Shown here piece by piece: positions 9,745-19,125 of a stretch of DNA of 60,263 nt; positions within the stretch are counted from its first letter, which is position 1; each line of letters opens with the position of its first letter. The notes under the pieces were generated by a model. The model made no database searches. It saw nothing but the letters and a program-made list of their open reading frames with translations, and was not told where the DNA came from. Made by a program: the position numbers and the translations under genes. Source of the DNA: an uncultured Bacilli bacterium (GTDB lineage Bacteria; Bacillota_I; Bacilli_A; RF39; UBA660); NCBI GenBank assembly GCA_947628435.1, contig CANQZW010000005.1:1-60263 (forward strand), given 5' to 3'.

Positions 9745-10047
9745 ATGATAAAAATAAAAATAAATAAGGATAAAAATTATATTAAAGAAGTAATTATATC
9801 TGGACATTCTCTTTATGATGATTATGGGAAGGATATAGTTTGTGCATCCGTTTCTAGTATTGTTATAACAAGTGTTAACCTAATTTTAAAAATTGATAAA
9901 ACAACCATAAAAGTTAAACAAGATAACGGATTAATACATGTAAACGTATTAAAAAATGAAGAAATAGTTGATAAGATTTTACGAAACATGATTGACATGT
10001 TAGAAGAATTATCAAAAGATTATGAAAAAAACGTTAAAATTATATAG
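9745..10047 (+). CDS. prp: ribosomal-processing cysteine protease Prp (YsxB)
   Basis: Lies between rplU and rpmA. SGHS and DIVCASVS catalytic His/Cys motifs. ATG 9745 is 5 nt after GGTGA. Confidence 0.85.
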   Translation: MIKIKINKDKNYIKEVIISGHSLYDDYGKDIVCASVSSIVITSVNLILKIDKTTIKVKQDNGLIHVNVLKNEEIVDKILRNMIDMLEELSKDYEKNVKII

Positions 10048-10061
10048 AGGAGGTGCTTTTA

Positions 10062-10343
10062 ATGTTAAAGTTAAACATTCAATTATTTGCACACGTTAAA
10101 GCTCAAGGTTCAACTCATAACGGACGTGATAGTGAAGGAAGAAGACTAGGAGCAAAAGCTGCTGATGGTGAACTTATTCAAGCAGGATCAATTATATATC
10201 GTCAAAGAGGAACAAAAATTTATCCTGGTGTTAACGTAGGAATGGGAAAAGATCATACGTTATATGCTTTAATTACTGGTTATGTTAAATTTGAACGTAA
10301 GGGTAAAGATAAAAAACAAGTAAGTGTTTATATAGAAAAATAA
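10062..10343 (+). CDS. rpmA: 50S ribosomal protein L27 with cleavable N-terminal extension
   Basis: [30 protein letters not shown]; the extension ending in FA is the Prp substrate motif. Confidence 0.95.
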   Translation: MLKLNIQLFAHVKAQGSTHNGRDSEGRRLGAKAADGELIQAGSIIYRQRGTKIYPGVNVGMGKDHTLYALITGYVKFERKGKDKKQVSVYIEK

Positions 10344-10434
10344 TTCTACTTTTGTAGAGTTATTTTTAGTTTAATTTATTAATACGTATTATTTTAATTA
10401 GAAATATGTTAAAATCTTTATGAGGTGAAATATT

Positions 10435-11070
10435 ATGCGTTATAACATTGTAAAAGATGCTAATAAAATTATTGATAATAGTGAATATTTAATAAAAAAT
10501 CCTGAAAATTATAAAGGAAAATGGAAAGAGGTATTTGGTAATAATAACCCAATTTGCTTGGAGCTTGGAATGGGTAGGGGTAGCTTTATTATTGATATGG
10601 CAAAAAAACATCCAAACATAAATTATATAGGTTTGGAATTAGATAAATCACAAACTGCTACTGCTATAAAAACGATAGGAAATCAAAAAATAAATAATTT
10701 AAAAATGATATGTAAAGATGCTCATGATTTACTTTGTTTTTTTGGAAAAGAAATAGATACAATTTATTTAACATTTTCTGAGCCATGGCCGAAAAAACAA
10801 GATGAGAAAAAAAGGTTTACTCATGAAAGTTATTTAAAAATATATGATAGAATATTTAAGAAAAATAAACACATAATTTTAAAGACGGATAATAAAATAC
10901 TATTTGCATCAGCATTAGAAAGTTTAAGTAAGTACTGGTATGTTTTTGATAAGGTAAGCCTAGACTTACATAATGATGAAAGAAATATAGATAATATAAT
11001 GACTGATTTTGAAAAACAATATTTTAAAGAACATAGAAAAATATATTATTTGGATGCATCTTTTAAATAA
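10435..11070 (+). CDS. trmB: tRNA (guanine46-N7)-methyltransferase
   Basis: LELGMGRGSF SAM motif and FSEPWPKK motif. Confidence 0.85.
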   Translation: MRYNIVKDANKIIDNSEYLIKNPENYKGKWKEVFGNNNPICLELGMGRGSFIIDMAKKHPNINYIGLELDKSQTATAIKTIGNQKINNLKMICKDAHDLLCFFGKEIDTIYLTFSEPWPKKQDEKKRFTHESYLKIYDRIFKKNKHIILKTDNKILFASALESLSKYWYVFDKVSLDLHNDERNIDNIMTDFEKQYFKEHRKIYYLDASFK

Positions 11071-11101
11071 AATTTAAAATATAATAAAGGGAGAATTTTA
11101 T

Positions 11102-12370
11102 ATGTTTGTTGATGAGGTTATAATAAAGGTTAAGGCAGGTAATGGTGGAGATGGTTGTACTGCCTTTAGAAGAGAAAAATTTATTCCTGATGGAGGGCCA
11201 TACGGTGGAAACGGTGGTAAGGGAGCAAGTATTATTTTTAAAACTGATTTAGGTCTTAGAACCCTTTTGGATTTAAGGTATCAAAAATTAATTAAGGCAC
11301 CAAAGGGTGCTAACGGGGAAGGTAAAAATAAAAATGGTAAAAAAGCAGAAGATATTATTATAAAGGTTCCCGTTGGAACTACGGTTAAAGATATGGATAC
11401 TGGCTTAATTATTGCAGATTTAACTAAAGAAAACGATAGTGTTGTAGTTGCAAAAGGTGGTCGTGGTGGTCGTGGTAATACTGCTTTTGCAACTGCTAGT
11501 AATCCTGCTCCTAATTTTTCTGAACATGGCGAAGAAGGGGAAGAAAAACAATTAAAAATAGAGTTAAGACTTTTGGCAGATGTTGGATTTGTCGGTATGC
11601 CATCAGTAGGAAAATCAACTATTTTATCTAAAATTTCTAGATCTAAACCTAAGATAGCTGCCTATCACTTTACAACGTTAAATCCTAATTTAGGAGTTGT
11701 AAAAACAATTGATGGTAGGACTTTTGTTGCAGCGGATTTACCAGGTTTAATAAAAGGTGCATCGCTAGGTGAGGGTTTGGGTGATAAGTTTTTAAAACAT
11801 ATTGAAAGAACGCGTGTTATAGCACACGTTATTGATATGTCTGGATTAGAAGGAACCGATCCGATAGAAAGTTATGAAATAATTAATAAGGAGCTTAAAG
11901 ATTTTAGTGATAAATTAATAAAAAAACCACAAATTGTTATAGCTAATAAAATGGATTTAGAAGGTGCTAAAGAAAATTTAAAACGTTTTAAAGATAAATA
12001 TAAAATAGATGTTTATGAAGTAAGTGCAATAACTAATAAAGGATTGGATAAAGTATTAGTTGCCTTAGCAGATGAACTAGATAAAATAAAACAAATACCT
12101 TTATTTGAAGATGATGCTTTTGAATCCCACGTACTATATAAGTTTAAAAAGGAACAACCATTTACCATAACCAAAGACAATGATATATATGTAGTAAAAG
12201 GAAAAGAAGTAGAAAAGTTATTTAAAATGACTAAGTTTACTGATGAAGGAGCAATTAGGTTTGCAAGAAAATTAAGAGCTATGGGAATTGATGATAAGCT
12301 TCTTGAGATGGGAGCTAAGTATGGGGATAAAGTACAAATAATGGATTTAATATTTGAATTTAAACAATAA
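11102..12370 (+). CDS. obg: GTPase Obg
   Basis: MFVDEV..KAGNGGDG Obg fold, GMPSVGKST, DLPGLI, NKMD, C-terminal OCT domain. Confidence 0.95.
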   Translation: MFVDEVIIKVKAGNGGDGCTAFRREKFIPDGGPYGGNGGKGASIIFKTDLGLRTLLDLRYQKLIKAPKGANGEGKNKNGKKAEDIIIKVPVGTTVKDMDTGLIIADLTKENDSVVVAKGGRGGRGNTAFATASNPAPNFSEHGEEGEEKQLKIELRLLADVGFVGMPSVGKSTILSKISRSKPKIAAYHFTTLNPNLGVVKTIDGRTFVAADLPGLIKGASLGEGLGDKFLKHIERTRVIAHVIDMSGLEGTDPIESYEIINKELKDFSDKLIKKPQIVIANKMDLEGAKENLKRFKDKYKIDVYEVSAITNKGLDKVLVALADELDKIKQIPLFEDDAFESHVLYKFKKEQPFTITKDNDIYVVKGKEVEKLFKMTKFTDEGAIRFARKLRAMGIDDKLLEMGAKYGDKVQIMDLIFEFKQ

Positions 12371-12481
12371 ATTAAAGTAATATAATAAAATATTTATATT
12401 CGTTTACAAGTTATGTTATCATAGCTTGTTTTTTAATTCAATTTATTATAAAATTATGTTAGATACTAAAGGAGGGATTTT

Positions 12482-14365
12482 ATGGAAAATAAGAATTTAA
12501 ATGATGAAGAAGAAGTTCTTGATTTCGAAGATAAAAACCCTCAAGAAGAAATAGAAATGTTAGACTTTGAAAAAGATGAGCAAGTATCCAATCAGATAGA
12601 TGAAATGTTAGATTTCATAGATGTTGAAGAGGTAAAAACAAATGATAAAACATCTGATAATTTAGAAAGTTTATTAGATAGTATTGAACCAAAAAATAAT
12701 AATACTAAAGTAGAAATAGATGGATCAGAAGAAAAGTTAAATGAGTATAAACCATCATTAAAAGATTTTAATATTAAAAGTGCTAAAACAAGAAAAATAG
12801 TAAAAAAATCAATGTTATATATTATTATAGTTATGCTTTTAGGCTTTGAGTTTTTTATTAATAAAACAGGTGAGGTTTTAAATAATTTAAGAGTATATGC
12901 AAGTGATAATCAACCGATTAGAATAATTCAAAATAATAAGTATGGTTATATTGATTATACTGGTCAAAAGGTAGTTAATCCAAAGTATTCATATGGTGAG
13001 GAATTTGTAAAAGGATATGCAATAGTTAAAAATTCTTCTAATTTACCGCTTATTATTAATAAAGGTGGTAAACAAATCGTACCAACTGGAGTTTATTTTT
13101 CTATATATAGGGCAGGAAATGATATAATTGCATCAAAAGTTACTAAAAAAGGTTTAAAATACGGAATATTAGATGCTGATTTAAATATAAAAACTGATTT
13201 TAAGTATGACATGATATCATATTTAGGAGATTTATATACTTATACTAATGGTAATAGTGTTGGTATTATTAATTTAGATGGTAAAGATATATATAAGTAT
13301 AAATTAACAAATTCTGATGATAAAACAATTGATGTTTCGCCTTGTAAAGTTACGTCTGATTCATATCAAAGATATGCGGTTGTAAAAGTTAATTCTTCTT
13401 CTTTAATTGTTAATATAAAAGATGGAAGTGTTGTGTCTTCTGCAACACTTAATAAACTAATTCCTGAAGAAAATAATGTGTTTTATGAGGTAATGCCAAA
13501 TAAAAGTAAAAGATATATATACGTAGAAAATAATAAGGTATTATTAGAATCAGATGATTATACAAGTTTAGCGATAAACTCAATTTCATCTGGAGTTTTA
13601 AGAGCACTTACCACTGATTATAAATATGAATTTATAAGTACTAAAACAATGGAACAAATAAAAAAAGGTTTATCTATTAATGACATATATTATGCGGATA
13701 ATGTGTTTGCTTATTTTGATCAAGATAAGAAAAATAAAAAATCATTAGTTTTGGTAAAAAAAGGTGAAATATATAAAACTATCGAAAGTAATTTTGTAAT
13801 AGAAAAACCATTTAAAAATGGTGTTGCAGTTATTAAGTTTGAAGATGGTCTTTATGGATATTTAAATGAAGATGGTAATTTAATTACGAATGAAAAGTTT
13901 ATTGAAGCTGGTGAGTTTGATTCTTATGGTGAGGCAATATGTAAAACAAATAATGGATATGGTGTTATAAATAAAAAAGGTAAAGTTATAATAAAGTTTG
14001 AAAATGAATTTATAAAGATGGCATCTGGAAAAGTAAAGAAAAAAAGCGTTTCTGGTGGTAATAACGTTTTTTATGCCGTAAGAAAAAATAATAGATATGC
14101 TTTATATAATTCAAATGGTAAACGAGTTAATAAAAAATTTTATAACGATATAGAATTTGATGAAAATTATCCATTATTTAAAGCAGCAACTGATGCAGAA
14201 GATTTAATAATAACGTCTGAGAAATTAGAAAAGATTAATCTTACATCGTTTAATAGTGACTATAAAGCTTATGATAATTATATAATAGTAAAAAATGAGT
14301 ATTATAATTATAGTGGAAAATTAATTTATGTTGATAATTCAAAAAAAGAGGATAGTGGTGATTAA
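12482..14365 (+). CDS. membrane-anchored WG-repeat protein with acidic LDF-repeat N-terminus
   Basis: Cytoplasmic EVLDFED / EMLDFEKD / EMLDFIDVEE repeats, one TM helix, then many YGYID.TGK / YGYLNEDGN / YGVINKKGK repeats (KWG/WG type). Confidence 0.75.
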   Translation: MENKNLNDEEEVLDFEDKNPQEEIEMLDFEKDEQVSNQIDEMLDFIDVEEVKTNDKTSDNLESLLDSIEPKNNNTKVEIDGSEEKLNEYKPSLKDFNIKSAKTRKIVKKSMLYIIIVMLLGFEFFINKTGEVLNNLRVYASDNQPIRIIQNNKYGYIDYTGQKVVNPKYSYGEEFVKGYAIVKNSSNLPLIINKGGKQIVPTGVYFSIYRAGNDIIASKVTKKGLKYGILDADLNIKTDFKYDMISYLGDLYTYTNGNSVGIINLDGKDIYKYKLTNSDDKTIDVSPCKVTSDSYQRYAVVKVNSSSLIVNIKDGSVVSSATLNKLIPEENNVFYEVMPNKSKRYIYVENNKVLLESDDYTSLAINSISSGVLRALTTDYKYEFISTKTMEQIKKGLSINDIYYADNVFAYFDQDKKNKKSLVLVKKGEIYKTIESNFVIEKPFKNGVAVIKFEDGLYGYLNEDGNLITNEKFIEAGEFDSYGEAICKTNNGYGVINKKGKVIIKFENEFIKMASGKVKKKSVSGGNNVFYAVRKNNRYALYNSNGKRVNKKFYNDIEFDENYPLFKAATDAEDLIITSEKLEKINLTSFNSDYKAYDNYIIVKNEYYNYSGKLIYVDNSKKEDSGD

Positions 14366-14367
14366 AA

Positions 14368-14526
14368 ATGGATAATGATATGATGTTAGTTGATGTATCA
14401 GAAGAAAAGAAAAAAACTGATAAATTTATGATAGGAATATACATTTCTCTTATTGTACTTATAATATTAGGTTTAATTGTTTATTTTTTCGGATATGAAT
14501 TTTTAAAACCATATATTAAAGTGTAG
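14368..14526 (+). CDS. 52-aa single-pass membrane micro-protein (below the ORF-track cutoff)
   Basis: ATG 3 nt after the upstream stop. MDNDMMLVDVSEEKKKTDKFMIGIYISLIVLIILGLIVYFFGYEFLKPYIKV. Its TAG lies 8 nt before the sortase ATG, so packing is tight. Confidence 0.45.
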   Translation: MDNDMMLVDVSEEKKKTDKFMIGIYISLIVLIILGLIVYFFGYEFLKPYIKV

Positions 14527-14534
14527 GAGGAAAA

Positions 14535-15176
14535 ATGAAAAAGTTAATAGCTAAAATAAACAAAGAAAAAGTATTTGACGTAATAATAGTATTAATTGTT
14601 ATTGCATTATACGTTTGTGTTGCACTTTTCATATATAGTAATTTTAGAGAAAGAAAAAGAAAAGAAGTTAAAACTAATATAATTAATAAGGTTGATGAGC
14701 AAATAAATGAAATTAAGGCTAATCAAGCACAAGAAGATAATGGTTCAATTCCAAAACAAATTACCGTAACTTATAGTGGTATTAATTATACCGTACTAGG
14801 AAAAATAAGAATAAAAAAAATAGGCATATACGAACCAATATTAAAAGAAAATACTAAAGAAGCATATGATGCATCTGCGGTTAAAATATCGGGGCCTAAT
14901 TTAAATGAAAAAGGTAATGTCTCTATTGGTGGCCATAATTTTATGCGAGGTAATTTCTTTATTAAAATTAATAAATTAGTTAAAGATGACATAGTAACAA
15001 TTACGGATTTATCTGGAACGAGTATCAATTATTATGTATATGATTCTGGTGTTACATCAATTGATGATGTAAGTTATCTTGCTCAACCTACTGATAAAAA
15101 TGAAATGATTGTAACTTTAGTAACATGTACAAAAGGTGGTAAACAAAGATATTTTGTAAAAGCTAAAGCAAAATAA
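14535..15176 (+). CDS. sortase-family transpeptidase
   Basis: N-terminal TM anchor; catalytic His (IGGHNF), TLVTCT Cys motif and downstream Arg (QRYFV). Confidence 0.85.
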   Translation: MKKLIAKINKEKVFDVIIVLIVIALYVCVALFIYSNFRERKRKEVKTNIINKVDEQINEIKANQAQEDNGSIPKQITVTYSGINYTVLGKIRIKKIGIYEPILKENTKEAYDASAVKISGPNLNEKGNVSIGGHNFMRGNFFIKINKLVKDDIVTITDLSGTSINYYVYDSGVTSIDDVSYLAQPTDKNEMIVTLVTCTKGGKQRYFVKAKAK

Positions 15177-15177
15177 T

Positions 15178-15204
15178 AAAAACACGATTTATATCGTGTT
15201 TTTT
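15178..15204. terminator. bidirectional terminator (sortase operon / DUF192 gene)
   Basis: AAAACACGAT-TTAT-ATCGTGTTTT with flanking A/T runs; the DUF192 stop codon lies in the loop. Confidence 0.7.
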
Positions 15205-15461
15205 GGTAGTTCATATATGTTTTTAGTATTTTTAGGCGCTATTAATATTTTATTTGGTTTTACACTTTTATAAGTCTTTATTATGTTATCATTTATGTCA
15301 GTTGCAATAATATCTATTTGTTCTTTCATAAAAAAAGTATGAATTGATCTACAATTTTTAAATAAAAGTCCGTAATTAATATTTTTTTTAAACATTAAAC
15401 CCATTAATCGTTGTTTAAATGTTTTAGCAACTTTTATATTTAAATTATTAAACTTTAACAT
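15189..15461 (-). CDS. DUF192 (COG1430) family protein
   Basis: KVAKTFKQRLMGLMFKK..GLLF..SIHTFFMKEQIDII pattern typical of DUF192. Confidence 0.65.
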   Translation of the reverse strand: MLKFNNLNIKVAKTFKQRLMGLMFKKNINYGLLFKNCRSIHTFFMKEQIDIIATDINDNIIKTYKSVKPNKILIAPKNTKNIYELPKNTI

Positions 15462-15604
15462 GTTATCACCAGTTTAATATTATCATACATTAATTAATAA
15501 TACAATTATTGCTTTACGTTACTAATATATATTTTGTTTTAACATTGACAAAATATGATATAAAATGTTAAACTAATAGTAGTTAAAAATAAGGGTGTGA
15601 GAAT

Positions 15605-15799
15605 ATGAATAAAGTAGGAAATAAAGGTCAAGCATTAGTTGAATACGTACTAATAATTGCATTAGTTACGGTTATTGCTGTTAGTTTAATAAAGGTCTTT
15701 GGTGGCTATTTAAAGGACTCTATTACCAAAACTTCTTGTGAGTTAGTAGGAGAAACATACGTAAAGGGAAGTAATCCAGGAGAGGGTAAGTGTAAATAA
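15605..15799 (+). CDS. flp: Flp-family type IVb (Tad) prepilin
   Basis: MNKVGNKG/QALVEYVLIIALVTVIAV: Gly at -1 and Glu-Tyr at +5/+6 of the Flp G/XXXXEY processing motif, followed by a hydrophobic helix. 64 aa with two Cys in the C-terminal part. Confidence 0.7.
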   Translation: MNKVGNKGQALVEYVLIIALVTVIAVSLIKVFGGYLKDSITKTSCELVGETYVKGSNPGEGKCK

Positions 15800-15852
15800 A
15801 GATGTTTTAGTCTTTATTAGTTAAAAAAAAATAATTTTTTTTAAAAAAGATA

Positions 15853-15881
15853 TTGTAATATTTTGTCGATTATGGTATTAT
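15853..15881 (+). promoter_or_regulatory. sigma-A-type promoter with extended -10 in the flp downstream gap
   Basis: TTGTAA (15853-58), 17-nt spacer, TGgTATTAT (15873-81). Confidence 0.4.
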
Positions 15882-15887
15882 TAAATT

Positions 15888-16000
15888 GTCAGTTAGATGT
15901 ATTAACTGATGAAGTAAAGGTAGTAAATGTAGTAACCAGCTTATGTTGTATTTAGCTGGAAGTAGTAGAAGCAATTCTGAAGTATGGAATTGCTTTTTTT
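15888..16000 (+). ncRNA. candidate ~113-nt small RNA (three hairpins, last one an intrinsic terminator)
   Basis: Hairpins at 15888-15910 (GTCAGTTA/TAACTGAT), 15936-15959 (CCAGCT/AGCTGG) and 15968-16000 (GCAATTC-N9-GAATTGC plus T7). Single-stranded GUAGUA-rich linkers. No ORF. Confidence 0.35.
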
Positions 16001-16117
16001 ATTTTAATTTACCTTATTATTTAATATAATAAATACAAATAATTTTATTAAATATTAGAAAAATAAAAAAATATTAATACCTTAAGATATTAATATTAAA
16101 TATAAATATATAATTTT

Positions 16118-16411
16118 TTAATTTTGTTTTTTATTTAAATTACTAACTAGACTTTTACAAATACTTTTTCTTGTTTTAATAATTCCATATTCATTATTTA
16201 TATTTGATAAAATCGCATTTGCAATTATAACTACATTTTTACTTAAAAGTTTTTCGTCATTATTAAACTTACTATAATTATCAATAAAATAATTTAAAAT
16301 TCTTCCTAATTTAGGTAGCTCATTTTCATAAACATCTTTATCATTATATAAAATAAATAAATTATTGTAATTATCATATACATCATTACTTATTTTACTT
16401 TCAATATACAT
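16118..16411 (-). CDS. hypothetical protein
   Basis: 97-aa ORF downstream of sigG on the same strand; no recognisable motif. Confidence 0.45.
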   Translation of the reverse strand: MYIESKISNDVYDNYNNLFILYNDKDVYENELPKLGRILNYFIDNYSKFNNDEKLLSKNVVIIANAILSNINNEYGIIKTRKSICKSLVSNLNKKQN

Positions 16412-16463
16412 AATATCTTCCTTTCAAAAATAATAAGTATAGTTTACAACATTTATTTATAAA

Positions 16464-17249
16464 TTACAATATCTTTTTTTTAATATCATCAATAGCACCT
16501 TTTTCTAATCTAGAAACCTGTGCTTGACTAATTCCTATTTCTTCTGCTATTTCCATTTGTGTTTTTCCAAATAAATACCTATTTGTTATTATATTTTTTT
16601 CTTTTTCTTTTAGATTATCAATTGCATCTGTTAAAGATATTACCAAATCCCAATTAGAACTTTTTTCCTTTTTTGATTCTAATTGATCTTCAAGATAAAT
16701 GGTATCTCCACCATCATTATAAATTGGCTCAGCCATACTAACAGGATCTTTCATTGCATCAAGAGCAATTATTACATCTATTTCTTCAACCCCTAATTTT
16801 TTAGCAACATCATAATTGTTTAATTCATGACCAGTTAACATAAAATGTTCTTCTTTTAATTTAAGTATTTTATATGCTAAATCCTTTAAACTTCTTGAAA
16901 TTCTAAGATTACTATTATCTCTTAAGTATCTTCTTATTTCTCCTAATATAAGTGGTACTGCGTAGGTTGAAAATCTAACGTTATGAGATAAATCAAAGTT
17001 ATCAATAGCTTTCATTAAACCAACACAACCTATTTGAAATAAATCATCCATGTTATCAGTTCTGTTTTGATATCTTTTAAGAATTGATAAAACTAATTTT
17101 AAATTTCCAAGTGCAAGTTTATCTCTAGCAGATGAGATTCCATTTTTTAGTTCTTTAAAGAGTTTTATTTTTTCATCTTCTTTTAATACGTTAATTTCAC
17201 TTGTATTAATCCCTGTTATTTCTACTTTGTGTTTTGCTATAATAATCAC
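16464..17249 (-). CDS. sigG: forespore sigma factor sigma-G
   Basis: Near-colinear with B. subtilis SigG as recalled: KVEITGINTSE, GNLKLVLSILKRY, DDLFQIGCVGLMKAIDNFDLSHNVRFSTYAVPLILGEIRRYLRDN, PIYNDGGD, GKTQMEIAEEIGISQAQVSRLEK. Start codon uncertain because the GTG is too close to the SD. Confidence 0.9.
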   Translation of the reverse strand: MIIIAKHKVEITGINTSEINVLKEDEKIKLFKELKNGISSARDKLALGNLKLVLSILKRYQNRTDNMDDLFQIGCVGLMKAIDNFDLSHNVRFSTYAVPLILGEIRRYLRDNSNLRISRSLKDLAYKILKLKEEHFMLTGHELNNYDVAKKLGVEEIDVIIALDAMKDPVSMAEPIYNDGGDTIYLEDQLESKKEKSSNWDLVISLTDAIDNLKEKEKNIITNRYLFGKTQMEIAEEIGISQAQVSRLEKGAIDDIKKKIL

Positions 17250-17322
17250 ACCTTTCTATACTTTGTAATGCTATGAAAGGTTTTTTTTTATACAATAATT
17301 CATATAATTAATTGGTGATTAT

Positions 17323-17556
17323 ATGCGTTTATCAGATTTACAAAATAAAGATGTTGTTGATATTTTAACTGGTGAGAGAATAGGTAATATTATAGACGTT
17401 GAAATATCTAATGATACAGGTAATATAGTAAAAATGATTATTTATCAAAGAAAAGGAATTATTAGTGTATTAAAAGGTTCAGAAGAAGTATCAATAACTT
17501 GGGATCAAATAAAAAAAATAGGTTCTGATGTTATTTTGGTTAGTAGAAATTTATAA
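17323..17556 (+). CDS. ylmC: YlmC/YmxH-family PRC-barrel sporulation protein
   Basis: MRLSDLQNKDVVDILTGERIGNIIDVEI..G.I..MII pattern, 77 aa. Confidence 0.8.
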   Translation: MRLSDLQNKDVVDILTGERIGNIIDVEISNDTGNIVKMIIYQRKGIISVLKGSEEVSITWDQIKKIGSDVILVSRNL

Positions 17557-17590
17557 ATTGTGGTATACTTAAACTAAAGGAGGTAAAAAA

Positions 17591-18022
17591 ATGGAATTTA
17601 ATAACATTTTAAAAAGTTCGTTTTTGATGATGTTTTTATTTATTATTATTTTATTAATAGCTTTTATAGTATTTAGTATTATAGTAAATTGGAAATTATA
17701 TAAGAAAGCTAACAAACCAGGATGGGCATCGATTGTTCCTGTTTATAACACGATTGTTTTACTTGAAATAATAGGTTATAAATGGTATTACATATTTTTC
17801 TTCTTTTTAGGTTTTATCCCTATTGTTGGAAATATTGCATTGATATTATTCATAATTTCACAAAGAATAAAACTTGCTAAATCATTTGGACAAGAAACTG
17901 CCTTTGGTATTGGTTTATGGCTTTTTTATCCTGTGTTTGCAGCAATCATAGCATTTAATAAAAATATTAATTATGTAGCTCCTATGGTTAATGGAGACAT
18001 TGATTTTAATGATTTGTTTTAA
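17591..18022 (+). CDS. DUF5684-like membrane protein
   Basis: WKLYKKANKPGWASIVPVYNTIVLLEIIG signature segment, 3-4 TM helices. Confidence 0.55.
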   Translation: MEFNNILKSSFLMMFLFIIILLIAFIVFSIIVNWKLYKKANKPGWASIVPVYNTIVLLEIIGYKWYYIFFFFLGFIPIVGNIALILFIISQRIKLAKSFGQETAFGIGLWLFYPVFAAIIAFNKNINYVAPMVNGDIDFNDLF

Positions 18023-18037
18023 AATGTGGAGGATTAA

Positions 18038-19012
18038 ATGAAGGATAAAAGAAATTATTTAAAAATAGCATGTATTATAGAATTTATTTATATTGTATAT
18101 AATTTTTTATATAGTTTAATTTTCTTAAAATTAAATGAAGAGGCTATATCAAACATATTCATGCTAATAATAAGTACTTTCTTTACTGTTATTTTATATA
18201 AAGAATCAACAAAAAGTATTAGTTATTTAAAAAACAATAATCTTAAAATATTAATATGTAGTATATGGTTATTTATATGGTCAATAATACCAGGTGTTTT
18301 AGGTTTTATATTTTTATCTTCTATAAAAGATAAAAAAGAAAACATGTTACCTAAAATAGAATATGAAAAAGCAAGCAAAAAAACGAAGATAAAGTCAATC
18401 ATATTGGTTTTAGGATTTATAATAATTTTATTTGTTTTACCAAAATTTAGTTTTTTAAGTAACATACCATCTTACGTAATTTATATTATCCTTTTAGTTA
18501 TTACGTTAGCTTTTTGTTACAAAAAATTAATAAAAGATTTTAAGATATTTATAAATAATTTTAAAGTATATTTACCATTTATTATTAAAAGATATTTTTT
18601 AATGATTTTGATTATGGTTATAGTTGCGTTACCAATAGTTATTATAAAAAGTGGCGAGGTATCTTATAATCAAAAGATGATAAATAAAATGTTTACCCAA
18701 ATTCCTATTTCAACATTAATTTTATCTTGTATTTATGCACCAATTACTGAGGAAAGTATTTTTAGATTATCTTTAAGAAATATATTTAATAATAAAACAG
18801 TATTTATTTTAGTAAGTGGTATTTTATTTGGCTTATTACATGTTATAAATAATATTACGTCTTTAAGTGATATTTTATATATTTTTCAGTACTCGGTTTT
18901 AGGAATTTGTTTAGCTAAGGCTTATAGTGATTCTAATAATATATTTGTTAGTATATCCATGCATTTTATCCAAAATTTTTTAGCGGGGATAATATCAATT
19001 TTTCTATTGTAA
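18038..19012 (+). CDS. CPBP-family intramembrane glutamic endopeptidase
   Basis: PITEESIFR (EExxxR), FGLLH and HFIQNF motifs in a polytopic membrane protein. Confidence 0.75.
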   Translation: MKDKRNYLKIACIIEFIYIVYNFLYSLIFLKLNEEAISNIFMLIISTFFTVILYKESTKSISYLKNNNLKILICSIWLFIWSIIPGVLGFIFLSSIKDKKENMLPKIEYEKASKKTKIKSIILVLGFIIILFVLPKFSFLSNIPSYVIYIILLVITLAFCYKKLIKDFKIFINNFKVYLPFIIKRYFLMILIMVIVALPIVIIKSGEVSYNQKMINKMFTQIPISTLILSCIYAPITEESIFRLSLRNIFNNKTVFILVSGILFGLLHVINNITSLSDILYIFQYSVLGICLAKAYSDSNNIFVSISMHFIQNFLAGIISIFLL

Positions 19013-19125
19013 AAAGAAATTTTAAGATTTCTTTTTTTATATGTAATATAATTAATAAGAAATATCAATTTAAAATTATTTTTGTTTGTTTATTAAAATG
19101 ATGTTATAATTATATGGGTGATCGT

